NCBI GenBank assembly: GCA_030608565.1
Contig: JAUWDY010000001.1
Coordinates: 104,238-168,237, forward strand
Reading direction: 5' to 3'
Source of the DNA: Candidatus Bathyarchaeota archaeon
GTDB lineage: Archaea; Thermoproteota; Bathyarchaeia; Bathyarchaeales; Bathyarchaeaceae
Length of the DNA stretch: 64,000 bases
Shown here: piece by piece, positions 55,579 to 64,000 of the stretch
How the letters are laid out: each line of letters begins with the position of its first letter
Numbering within the stretch: the first letter of the stretch is position 1
Made by a program: the position numbers and the translations under genes
The notes under the pieces: model-generated
Told to the model about the DNA's origin: nothing
Database searches by the model: none
What the model saw: only the letters and a program-made list of their open reading frames with translations

Positions 55579-56747
55579 TCTTCTAGGCTTCCCAGTCTTG
55601 TCTTCATGTTGTTATGTCTTGAATAGTAACATCCTTTTGCAGAGGTTGTTGCAACTGACCTGAACCTTCCTTTCAATGGTGCCACTGCCATGCAAGTGTC
55701 GCAAGCGAATTTTCCCCCAGCCTTCTCAATTATTTCCGTGTAGCCTCTTTTGTCAGCGAGTTGTTTCATTAGCCTTGAGGTTGCAACCCAGAATTCAGTG
55801 TTCGAGGATACTCTCTTGTTTTTCAACAATTTTGCCACTTCAGCAATTTCTTTAATCGAGCAGTGGGGGCAACCTATACAGACGAAGTCGATGGTGTCAA
55901 CGTCGTCATCAATATTTTCATATGCATCTTTTATGTCCCTATCTTCGATGATGACTTTCTCTTTTGGCAGTTGATGTTTTTCAGATCCAGGAGTTATTTC
56001 CTTCATAAAAAACAACGGTTTTGAACCGTAAGTCACCACTGAAGCGCAGAACGATTTCAACTCATCCAAATCCGCGTCTTTTACACCGGTTATGTATGGT
56101 ATCTTGTTTTCAACTTTTTTACCAATACAATAACCGAGGGCTCCCCAATCTGACAATTTTTTTAGGTTAACCCTCACGTCTACATGAACGTCGGGCACTC
56201 TGTTCTCTTCCAAGTGTAGCCCGTAGGACGGTGTTTTACCTACAAAAGCCGCTGCAAGGGCTGATGGACCGCCTTCTCTGTTGGTCTTTGCTCCGATAAC
56301 CGAATTGGCGAAAGTGACTGCAGAGGACTCGGACCAAGCAATGTGTTCTCCATATGTTGGTAGGCTTCCTATCAGGTATGGTGTACATGTGCAAGAGATG
56401 ATTATGCCCATTTTTCTGAAGGCGTCTATGACTAGGTTTTGTTTTTCTGCGAACTCTTTGGAGATTCCGAGTTTTTTCCAATCCTTTAAATCCATTCCTG
56501 CAGGATTCAAGGTTGTGAGCACCTTGACTTTTCCATCCCTTGCTAGTTCATTTAGAAATTCTAGACCAGCATCTCCTAGGTTGTGATATGACACGCCTGC
56601 CACTTGAACGGAGCCCACGCTGATGAGTTTTTCAGCGCCGTAAATGTCTCCTAAGGCAACGAGTATCTCCATGGATTTTTTTACTGCGTAACCTTCTTCT
56701 CCATCCAGCATTCTCTCTTCTTCTTTTGTGAGGTACATAAAAATCAC
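55542..56747 (-). CDS. aconitase X catalytic-domain protein, putative phosphomevalonate dehydratase large subunit
   Basis: 401 aa with the DUF521-like pattern (MYLTKEEERMLDGEEG..., multiple conserved Cys). Lies between the UbiD-like and swivel-domain genes. Confidence 0.8.
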   Translation of the reverse strand: MIFMYLTKEEERMLDGEEGYAVKKSMEILVALGDIYGAEKLISVGSVQVAGVSYHNLGDAGLEFLNELARDGKVKVLTTLNPAGMDLKDWKKLGISKEFAEKQNLVIDAFRKMGIIISCTCTPYLIGSLPTYGEHIAWSESSAVTFANSVIGAKTNREGGPSALAAAFVGKTPSYGLHLEENRVPDVHVDVRVNLKKLSDWGALGYCIGKKVENKIPYITGVKDADLDELKSFCASVVTYGSKPLFFMKEITPGSEKHQLPKEKVIIEDRDIKDAYENIDDDVDTIDFVCIGCPHCSIKEIAEVAKLLKNKRVSSNTEFWVATSRLMKQLADKRGYTEIIEKAGGKFACDTCMAVAPLKGRFRSVATTSAKGCYYSRHNNMKTRLGSLEECIEAAVRGKWS

Positions 56748-58051
56748 AAGAATTTGTTTAGATCAACTCTTCTGTATCCCTCTTTTCTAAACCCTTTACC
56801 CGTTTTTTTGAACGGAATCGTCGCGTCCAACCCCATCTTACATGTTGTCGCTTTTTTTCCTTCAGTCAAATCTCCAGATGGATCAAGAGAAGACCCTCTT
56901 TGTTTTGGCAGGATAACAGCGTCTTTATCTGCCTGAAATCTCGTTGCAATGCCCCATTCAACGTCGTTTGGATCATAGATGTTTATATCGTCATCCACAA
57001 CAATACAGTGTTTCAATGAGCTGTGGCCTTTAAAGGCTGCTTCAATCGTTTTCTTTCCGTCATCTGGATTCCGTTTCTTTATTTGCACCACCGCGTGGAG
57101 CCAGCTACAACCGCCAGGAGTTATGTAAACATCTTTACATTCGCAGACTTTATTCACTTCGTTAAAAATTGTTGGTTCTCTAGGCATTCCCATCAAGAAT
57201 TTATGTTCGTTTCTTCCAGCAAGTATGGTTTGGTAAACGGGATTTTCTCTGTGAGTTATGCAGTTGATTTCTATCACTGGTTGCTGTCTTACTCTATCGA
57301 TAATTCCTGTCAGATCTAAGAATGGCCCCTCTTCTGTTCTTTCTTTTGTTATCCTTCCTTCTAATACAACCTCGCAGTCCTTCGGGACTTCAATGTCAAT
57401 GGTTTTACACTTCACCAACTCTGTTTTTTCCAGTGCGTTCGCCATTCCCATTTCGTCAACGCCTTTTGGTAGAGATGTGGCGGCAGCAAGAAGAACAGCT
57501 GTTGAGTTGCCTATGCAAATTGCGATGTCGAGTTCACCGCCAGACTTTTTAAGGGCAGTGTCGGTTCCCCTCTCTTCAACGATCCTAGCTACGAACCTGT
57601 TTTTACCTAGTAGCATCAACCTGTGGAAACATGTGTTTCTGCCTAATTCAGGATCTTTTATTATGCAGATAGCCGATGCGATGTATTTTCCGCCGTCTTT
57701 TTCTGTGTACCTCATTATGGGAAGCTTTGTTAGATCAACATCTTTCTCAACTATTTCCTGGCATTCTCCCTTCTCCACAACATCGGGGTGCACAGGGTTT
57801 TCTATGGCATTGGATAACTTGTGCAACAATTGTGCCTTCTTAATGTTCAACGCTTGGGCAATCAGTTTTTTAGAAGAGATGAGGCCGCCTACAACGGGGA
57901 TGCTTGATTCTTTCACTTTCTCAAAGAATACGGGTTTCTCGCCGAGAGCATCTATAATCCCTGCTATCTCATACTCGGTTGACACTTCCTTTTTAATTCT
58001 TATCAATTCTCCATTTTTGTCAAGCTGTTCCAGAAAACTTCTAAAACCCAA
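56744..58051 (-). CDS. UbiD-family decarboxylase, putative trans-anhydromevalonate-5-phosphate decarboxylase
   Basis: 435 aa with UbiD family features. Operon context with mvk and the aconitase X subunits. Confidence 0.8.
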   Translation of the reverse strand: MGFRSFLEQLDKNGELIRIKKEVSTEYEIAGIIDALGEKPVFFEKVKESSIPVVGGLISSKKLIAQALNIKKAQLLHKLSNAIENPVHPDVVEKGECQEIVEKDVDLTKLPIMRYTEKDGGKYIASAICIIKDPELGRNTCFHRLMLLGKNRFVARIVEERGTDTALKKSGGELDIAICIGNSTAVLLAAATSLPKGVDEMGMANALEKTELVKCKTIDIEVPKDCEVVLEGRITKERTEEGPFLDLTGIIDRVRQQPVIEINCITHRENPVYQTILAGRNEHKFLMGMPREPTIFNEVNKVCECKDVYITPGGCSWLHAVVQIKKRNPDDGKKTIEAAFKGHSSLKHCIVVDDDINIYDPNDVEWGIATRFQADKDAVILPKQRGSSLDPSGDLTEGKKATTCKMGLDATIPFKKTGKGFRKEGYRRVDLNKFL

Positions 58052-58102
58052 TCTTATCCCTGCTATAAAGGTAGTTTCTTGTTTCTGATAAGGCTATTCT
58101 CT

Positions 58103-59056
58103 TTATATTTTTTGAATCCCGATCTTTGCTCTCAGTACTTTGAATCCCTCTTTTTCCATTGCTGTGGCAACCGCTTCTTGCAGTTCTTTTCCTGGCGTTA
58201 ACGCTACCATGCAGCCTCCACCGCCACCGCCAGTTAGTTTTGCTCCAAACGCGCCCTGCTCTCGAGTTAAATTGATCAGATAATCCAATTCTTTGCAAGA
58301 AACCTCAATTTGTTGCAGTAAGCCATGATTTTCGTTCATTAACCTTCCGACTTTTCTTAAATCAAAATCTTCTAAGGTCTTTCTCGCCTCGAGCGCTAAC
58401 CATTCTGCTTGATTGAACAATGGATCGTATTTTTCTGGATTTTCGTTCTTTCTTTCCGCAACGCCTGCAACCATTTCTTTCGTGTCAGCGACAACTCGCG
58501 TGCTGCCTATGACAATTTCAACGGGCTGTCTTATACTCAATCTTTCAATTGTGTTTTGGCCTCCGCTTAGATTCCTCCTGAACCAGATTAGCCCTCCGTA
58601 GGTTGCCGCGGAGTTGTCGATGCCTGAGGGTGTTCCGGCGTAAGCTTTCTCAGCTTCATAAGCAATTTCATTAATTCTTTCATCTGACAAATTCATTTCT
58701 AACTCCTCGGCTATAGCTCTAGCGATTGCAACGCTGCTTGCTGCAGAAGCACCAATTCCGCTGAAGCCGGGGAGATTTCCTCCTAACCAAATCTCTAAAA
58801 ACGCCTTTTCCAAATCGATTCCCATGGTTTTAAGCATTCTCTGAATCGACTCTTTTTGTTGGGTTCTCTTCTTTTCAGTGTAACCTTTTGCGCCTCTTCT
58901 TTCATCCTTTATAGTGATTCCGTCTCCAATTTTTTTCACCTTTGCATCAGCTGTTAAATCAATTGCAGAAACAATCCCTGGCACGCCGTGAACAACGAAA
59001 TGTTCGCCAAACAAAATGACTTTTCCGAAACCAGAACCTCTTCCCATCGAAACCAC
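58103..59056 (-). CDS. mvk: mevalonate kinase
   Basis: GKVILFGEHFVVHG and the GHMP motif PGFSGIGASAASSVA. Confidence 0.9.
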   Translation of the reverse strand: MVSMGRGSGFGKVILFGEHFVVHGVPGIVSAIDLTADAKVKKIGDGITIKDERRGAKGYTEKKRTQQKESIQRMLKTMGIDLEKAFLEIWLGGNLPGFSGIGASAASSVAIARAIAEELEMNLSDERINEIAYEAEKAYAGTPSGIDNSAATYGGLIWFRRNLSGGQNTIERLSIRQPVEIVIGSTRVVADTKEMVAGVAERKNENPEKYDPLFNQAEWLALEARKTLEDFDLRKVGRLMNENHGLLQQIEVSCKELDYLINLTREQGAFGAKLTGGGGGGCMVALTPGKELQEAVATAMEKEGFKVLRAKIGIQKI

Positions 59057-59164
59057 CTAGGTAATCAATGGTTTCCAAAAATTTAAATAGATGGATTATG
59101 CGGGTTCCGAAGTTAAACTCATCGAAGAGGCTAAAGACTCTCTGTGAAGCGGTTAGGGGAGTGC

Positions 59165-59174
59165 ATGCATGCAT
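59165..59174. promoter_or_regulatory. ATGCATGCAT-type motif, copy 6 (within GCATGCATGCATG)
   Basis: Read directly. Lies about 110 nt upstream of the mvk start. Confidence 0.4.
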
Positions 59175-59212
59175 GTGTTGTTGAAATGCCATAATTTACT
59201 CGGAAGTCATGA

Positions 59213-59500
59213 TCAAATCGGTATCAATGGTGTTAGGAATCTCGTCATTGTTGCCAAGAGAGTAGCTAAAAAGAATGTTAATAAAGTGGCTTGAATGGCA
59301 GTTTTCCATCCGAGTTCTTTAACTATCATTCCAATCGACGTGAAGCAAGGGACAAAGAAAATCGTGAAGACGGTGAAGGTTAACGTCTGAGCCGTTGTAA
59401 GAGCAAACTGTATATCAATAGGGGCGAGTGCCTCCGCCAACATAATTAACGCCAGCTCTCTTCGAGGCATCGTCCAATCTTCACGGTTTTCAGGCAACAT
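59213..59500 (-). pseudogene. FeoB C-terminal fragment (extra copy; remnant or split piece)
   Basis: The 95-aa ORF aligns to the last TM region of FeoB (LALIMLAEAL...FTIFFVPCFTSIGMIVKELGWKTAI versus LTLIMLATLL...LVTMLYIPCIATIAALVREFGWKKAL in 63083..64000). The upstream FeoB already has its own C-terminus. Confidence 0.45.
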
Positions 59501-59537
59501 TGGCCTTATTGAAGGTCATATAAATGCGCATTTTTTA

Positions 59538-61652
59538 TCAGCCGAATCCTAAAATGTGAGCAGACTGAGCAACGACGAAGCAGACTAGGAACGCGACCAC
59601 CAGTGGAATTAGGTTTGACAAAAACGTCCACTTAGCACTTCCCGTTTCCTTCCAAATAGTGTGGGTGGTAGTTGCGCATGGATAATGAAGCACCGAAAAT
59701 AGCATCAAGCAGATTGCTGTGACGACAGTGAACCCTTGAGCTACAAAGAGCGCGTGAAGTCCAGCCATGCTTTCGAGTTCAATCATCATGCTGGCGCCCA
59801 TGTAGCCCATAATTATTGTTGGGATGATAATCTCGTTGGCCGGGAGGGCGACAATGTAGGCCAGTAGAATGATACCGTCAAGACCGATCAATAGTCCGAT
59901 GGGTGAGAGAATACCTGCAAGGTAAGTCATTAGGGTCTCGCTTCCAACATACACATTCCCCAAGATCCAGATGATTGCACCTGCTGGTGCAGCCCAAACT
60001 ATGGCACGATATAAAACTTTGATCGTTCGATCAATCAATGAAGTGTAGAGGACGCGGAAAATCTGCGGACGACGATACGATGGCATTTCCAGGGTGAAGA
60101 ACGAACTCTCGCCTTTAAGCAGTGTACGTGAAAGCACGGCTGATATTATGAAGGTTGCAAAGATGCCAACCAACGTAATAGCAACCATCACAGCTGCAGC
60201 TACTATGGATGACACGGCTGATGGGAACATTGGTGCCACGAAAACAGTTGTCACCAGAATGAGGGTGGGCCAACGGCCGTTGCACGGTACGAAGTTGTTG
60301 GTAAGGATGGCGATAAGCCGTTCACGAGGTGAGTTGATGCTTCTGCAGGAGATGACCCCTGTGGCGTTGCAGCCGAAGCCCATACACATAGTGATGGCTT
60401 GCTTTCCATGTGCACCGGCCCACTTGAAGATTCGGTCAATATTAAATGCGACTCTCGCTAAGTAACCGAAATTCTCAAAGAGCGTAAAGAGAGGAAAAAA
60501 AATAGCCATAGGCGGCAACATGACGGCCACAACCCACGCGAGACTCCTATAAATTCCGTGGACCAGCACACCTTCAAGCCACTCCGGGGCTCCGAACCAC
60601 CTGAACAGCAAGGTGAACTGGTCTTCAAGCCAAAACAGACCCTCCGCTAAGAGTTGCGATGGAATATTCGCGCCTTCTATTGTGATCCAGAAGACGCCCA
60701 TCAGAAGAGCAATCATAATTGGAAACCCTATAATACGCGATGTCAATATCCGATCTAGTTTAGCGTCCATATCGATCTTGGGGGCCTCAGTCTTGGTTAC
60801 GGCCTTAGACGCTATGATTTCTGCGTCTGCGTAGATCGAGGATACAATGTGATCGTGTAAGGATTCCCGAATGGAAGATGCTGCAATTTGTACGCGGTCG
60901 AAAAGCTCTTTCAACTCAGCCTCCGTGGATTCTGCTATCGAAACGTGTTGGTTCAATGTTGCCAGAGACGCTAGATCTCCATTCTCTAACGTTTTACGGA
61001 TTCTAGCATCTCCCTCTAAGAGACGCATAGTAATCCATCTAGTATTCGGCAGGTCATCCACAACCTTTTTTACATAGGGGGTTACTTCGTCGAGCACCTT
61101 GCGTATCTCAGGCTTGAGAGTAAAGCGATGTGGACTCGTGGGTATGGCTCCTGAGGCAACTCCAGCGATGACTTTAACCAGATCATTCAAACCCTTGCCC
61201 ACATTGGCGACCGTAGGAACAACGGGAACCCCGAGATCGCGCGACAGTTGTTTAGCATCGACCTCTAGACCTTTTCGAGCCGCTTCATCCATAAGATTGA
61301 GACAGATTACCACGCGATTGGAGATTTCGAGAACTTGTAAAACTAGGTTCAGATTTCTCTCAAGCGTTGTTGAATCAACTACCACGACTACTACCTCAGG
61401 ATGGGCGAACAACACAAAATTCCTAGCAATCTCCTCATCCGTCGCAGTGGCGAGCAGGGAATAGGTGCCCGGAAGGTCGATCAGTTTGTACCGTTTTCCC
61501 ATGTATTTGAAAGATCCCTCGGCACGAGCGACGGTCTTCCCAGGCCAGTTTCCAACGTGTTGGTGAAGACCAGTGAGGGCGTTGAAAACCGTGCTCTTTC
61601 CAGTGTTGGGGTTTCCAGCGAGAGCAACGAGATAGTCATGGCCCTTTTCCAA
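59538..61652 (-). CDS. feoB: ferrous iron transporter FeoB
   Basis: N-terminal G-domain [11 protein letters not shown], followed by a long polytopic membrane domain. 704 aa. Confidence 0.95.
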   Translation of the reverse strand: MEKGHDYLVALAGNPNTGKSTVFNALTGLHQHVGNWPGKTVARAEGSFKYMGKRYKLIDLPGTYSLLATATDEEIARNFVLFAHPEVVVVVVDSTTLERNLNLVLQVLEISNRVVICLNLMDEAARKGLEVDAKQLSRDLGVPVVPTVANVGKGLNDLVKVIAGVASGAIPTSPHRFTLKPEIRKVLDEVTPYVKKVVDDLPNTRWITMRLLEGDARIRKTLENGDLASLATLNQHVSIAESTEAELKELFDRVQIAASSIRESLHDHIVSSIYADAEIIASKAVTKTEAPKIDMDAKLDRILTSRIIGFPIMIALLMGVFWITIEGANIPSQLLAEGLFWLEDQFTLLFRWFGAPEWLEGVLVHGIYRSLAWVVAVMLPPMAIFFPLFTLFENFGYLARVAFNIDRIFKWAGAHGKQAITMCMGFGCNATGVISCRSINSPRERLIAILTNNFVPCNGRWPTLILVTTVFVAPMFPSAVSSIVAAAVMVAITLVGIFATFIISAVLSRTLLKGESSFFTLEMPSYRRPQIFRVLYTSLIDRTIKVLYRAIVWAAPAGAIIWILGNVYVGSETLMTYLAGILSPIGLLIGLDGIILLAYIVALPANEIIIPTIIMGYMGASMMIELESMAGLHALFVAQGFTVVTAICLMLFSVLHYPCATTTHTIWKETGSAKWTFLSNLIPLVVAFLVCFVVAQSAHILGFG

Positions 61653-61725
61653 ATCCTCATGGCTCTCTTGGTAAAAGTCATGATCCTTCCCCTCTGCACT
61701 CAGATTAATTCCCTCCTACACATCG

Positions 61726-62040
61726 CTAACGCGAGGGGTTCACCATAATCTTTGAGGCGTCTTCCAGCCGCAATGCAAGGATGGACCCTCGAATTTTGTA
61801 CGCCACCGGAGTTCCTAACGGACTTTCCATTACGGCTTTGACTTCCGTTCCTGGAAGAAGACCGAGATCGAGAAGTCGGCGGCGAGTTGGACCTTCAACG
61901 AGAAGCCCTACTACCTTAGCTCTCTGACCGACTTTTATTTCTGCTAAAGTCTCGTATTCTAATTTTTGCTTAGTCATTGAGGACATAACTAAATTAGTTA
62001 AATGTTGACGCCCACTAATAAATTTTGGGCTGTCTAACAA
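61726..62040 (-). CDS. feoA: FeoA family protein
   Basis: SH3-like FeoA pattern (GQRAKVVGL...RRRLLDLGLLPGTEV). The internal Met at 61977 would give a typical 83-aa FeoA and place the palindrome at 61986-62000 upstream of the gene. Confidence 0.8.
   Translation of the reverse strand: MLDSPKFISGRQHLTNLVMSSMTKQKLEYETLAEIKVGQRAKVVGLLVEGPTRRRLLDLGLLPGTEVKAVMESPLGTPVAYKIRGSILALRLEDASKIMVNPSR
61986..62000. promoter_or_regulatory. 15-bp perfect palindrome TAACTAA-A-TTAGTTA, candidate DtxR/MntR-type operator of feoAB
   Basis: Read directly. It lies between a TTATTTAAAT box (about 62030-62045, minus strand) and the probable feoA start. A DtxR-family gene is divergently adjacent. Confidence 0.45.
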
Positions 62041-62229
62041 ATTTAAATAAGTCTAACATTCAGTTGAGTGCAGAGTATGTGAAGAAAACGTATTCAGACA
62101 TCAATCGCTCATGTAAAAGGCCTGCTCAAAGCTAGGCACCCGTGACAAGATGCTTCAAAGATAAATATTATTTAGTGTATAGTTTACAATGAAGAAGAAA
62201 GTAAAGAAAATCGTTTAGGGTTCCGGTGG

Positions 62230-62706
62230 TTGAACATGGGAAACGAGAAAAACGAAGAGCTTGGTAAGAGCGCGGAGGATTACTTAGAAGCAATCTACGG
62301 GCTTGTTAGGGAAAGAGGCTTCGCTACAGTCATGGACATTGCGGCATCATTAAACGTTAAACCTCCCAGCGTCACACACATGCTTCAAAAATTAGATCGT
62401 CTCAACTTAGTCAAATACCAGCGGTATCGCGGAGTTACTTTGACCACAAGGGGAGAAAACTTAGCCAAGTCGATGGAACACCGTCACAAGATTTTAAGAA
62501 CTTTCCTAGAACTGCTTGGTGTAGACAAAACCATTGCTGATGGAGACGCTGAAGAAATAGAGCATACAATACATTCTGAAACCGTCGAAAAACTTACAAA
62601 ATTCATTGAATTTGTGAAAAATATGCCAGGATGGCTTGAAAAGTACAAATATTTCGAGCAAACCGGAAAATACCCTGAGAGTTCCAGCGAGAATACACGA
62701 GATTAG
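62230..62706 (+). CDS. DtxR/MntR-family metal-dependent transcriptional regulator
   Basis: SAEDYLEAIYGL...ATVMDIAASLNVKPPSVTHMLQKLD...RGVTLTTRGE, plus a metal-binding helical domain. Confidence 0.85.
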   Translation: MNMGNEKNEELGKSAEDYLEAIYGLVRERGFATVMDIAASLNVKPPSVTHMLQKLDRLNLVKYQRYRGVTLTTRGENLAKSMEHRHKILRTFLELLGVDKTIADGDAEEIEHTIHSETVEKLTKFIEFVKNMPGWLEKYKYFEQTGKYPESSSENTRD

Positions 62707-63082
62707 GCGTTTACCATCGAAACAACATCACGTAACACCTTTTTCACAGATTTTTGCCTCAAAAACCTTTACGAAGCAGTAACTTAAAATCCCATGTCAG
62801 CATTATTTCCAAGTGAAGGCTTTTTAGTCTGCTAAAAATTTTTTGGCCAAGCATGATCGCCAGCAGAAAATAAGTCTAGCTTAAAGCAATTTATGAAATA
62901 GTAGAAAGGATACGCCAAAGTGACTATTGTCTCAAGACTACTGGATGTCGGGTTTGCCGCAGTAACAGAGATGTTTCAAAAATATCATGAAACCGGATAG
63001 TTGCCTGAGTGGCCTACCTACAGACTAGTAAGAAAAAGTAAACGTTTAGAACAACAGAGATAGATTGAAGCTTTGGCTTTCT

Positions 63083-64000
63083 TCATTGGGCCAATATCAA
63101 TAATCTGAAAGCTATCCCGCCAACGAGTATTGCAAACACTATCTCAAACACCGTAATGAATAGTGCTTTCTTCCATCCAAACTCTCTAACTAGGGCAGCA
63201 ATAGTAGCTATACAGGGTATATAGAGCATCGTTACCAAGGCGAACACAATCATCTGCACTGGTCCAAAATCAAAATTCGGAACATGTGCGAAATCCGCTG
63301 TCCCCAAAAGAGTTGCGAGCATTATTAACGTCAGTTCTTTCCTTAGCACCCCAAATATCAGTGCTATACCTGTGATGGCTGGTAACCCCAGCCAAGTGAC
63401 AGTCATGGGACTGAGGACGCTTGCGATAGGGTTCAACAAGTCCGTAACATCTGCGAGTTTGATTAGAAGACTGCCTACGATTATAAGGGGAAAGGCCATC
63501 TTTATGAATTCCATCAATCTAAACCAGGTTTGCTTCAACACTGTCTGCAGATGAGGCACCCTATAATCATGCATCTCCATTATTAGTGCGGTTGGTTCAC
63601 CGGGTAAAGCCTTGAATGCCAGTCTTCCTAGAAGGAAGATAATCAACAAGTTGATGATGTATAACGCTAAGGCCCATTGAACACCCACAAATGTCCCAAC
63701 TAGACCGAGAACGATAACTGTTGTTGCGGCGCAAGGTACCAATGTAACAACGAAGGCGGTGAGAAGTCTCTCTCTTTCCGTCTCCATGATTCTGCACCCC
63801 AAACATCCTGGGACGTTACAACCAAGGCTGAGCATGACTGGGATAAAGGCCTTCCCATGTAAGCCTATCTTGTGCATTACATTATCTAACAAAAACGCGA
63901 TTCTACTAAGATAACCGGAATCCTCAAGAAAGTATAGTATAAGGTAGAATGGAATGATGTAAGGTAACGCTATCGTAACGCCCGCTATGATACCCTCCAT
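63083..64000 (-). CDS. feoB: second FeoB, C-terminal membrane portion (gene continues beyond right window edge)
   Basis: FeoB gate/nucleoside-recognition region motifs (LEDSGYLSRIAFLLD, GLHGKAFIPVMLSLGCNVPG). The ORF is open to position 64000. Confidence 0.85.
   Translation of the reverse strand: MEGIIAGVTIALPYIIPFYLILYFLEDSGYLSRIAFLLDNVMHKIGLHGKAFIPVMLSLGCNVPGCLGCRIMETERERLLTAFVVTLVPCAATTVIVLGLVGTFVGVQWALALYIINLLIIFLLGRLAFKALPGEPTALIMEMHDYRVPHLQTVLKQTWFRLMEFIKMAFPLIIVGSLLIKLADVTDLLNPIASVLSPMTVTWLGLPAITGIALIFGVLRKELTLIMLATLLGTADFAHVPNFDFGPVQMIVFALVTMLYIPCIATIAALVREFGWKKALFITVFEIVFAILVGGIAFRLLILAQ

Noticed and set aside
57258-58088. 276-aa ORF antisense to the UbiD-family gene.
   Set aside because: The sense strand encodes a well-supported UbiD-like protein. 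The antisense product is Ser/Phe/Leu-rich with no recognisable domain.
1-64000. Searched by eye for CRISPR arrays, long tandem repeats, IS elements, transposases, integrases, reverse transcriptases and toxin-antitoxin pairs.
   Set aside because: None was found. The only repeats seen are the 117-bp inverted pair with its partial copy, the 38-nt promoter modules, the ATGCATGCAT words and a (GGTT)5 microsatellite. No ORF shows DDE, tyrosine- or serine-recombinase, or RT motifs.

Overview
This is a 64-kb archaeal chromosomal window. Supporting gene content includes archaea-specific ribosomal proteins (S4e, L32e, L19e, L18e), RNA polymerase subunits D and N, Cbf5, RNase P protein Rpp29, a tRNA with a bulge-helix-bulge (BHB) intron, and the aconitase-X/UbiD type mevalonate pathway. 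The lineage cannot be fixed by eye; the gene content and moderate GC would suit a TACK/Bathyarchaeia-like genome, but that is inference.

Left to right, the window contains:
- A small minus-strand module with a ParB-like protein, possibly a plasmid or virus remnant.
- Transporters, pyrH, and a ThiT-type thiamine transporter behind a clear TPP riboswitch.
- tRNA-Leu(CAA) followed by an orphan tRNA-Leu-like 3' fragment.
- HypA with an Mrp-type ATPase.
- A decayed LysE fragment next to a tRNA-like remnant.
- A cluster of zinc-ribbon proteins.
- Hydantoinase A/B with an amine-dehydrogenase-like gene and an MFS gene.
- An L22-to-L30 ribosomal-protein block.
- Two GT2 paralogs and a transglutaminase-like protein.
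- ComB-like and AIR-synthase-like genes.
- A threonine-synthase-like enzyme fused to a PadR-type HTH.
- pyrG, cbf5 and a 146-nt tRNA gene with about 70 nt of unresolved intervening sequence.
- The S13-S4-S11 / rpoD-L18e-L13-S9 / rpoN-eno-S2 cluster.
- A four-gene archaeal mevalonate cluster.
- An iron-uptake island: FeoA/FeoB, a DtxR-type regulator, and a second FeoB cut by the window edge.

The most unusual sequence-level observations are:
1. A pair of 117-bp inverted repeats, plus a partial third copy, brackets the L22-L30 block. That block lacks its usual L3-L4-L23-L2-S19 and L15-SecY neighbours.
2. An ATGCATGCAT-type alternating purine/pyrimidine palindrome occurs at about seven sites, all intergenic.
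3. Two highly conserved genes, S3 and rpoN, have no ATG/GTG/TTG start available in frame.
4. Several tRNA-derived fragments and one tRNA gene could not be folded canonically.

No CRISPR array, integrase, transposase or recognisable defence gene was seen. Functional calls come from reading the supplied translations for family motifs. No database search was run.
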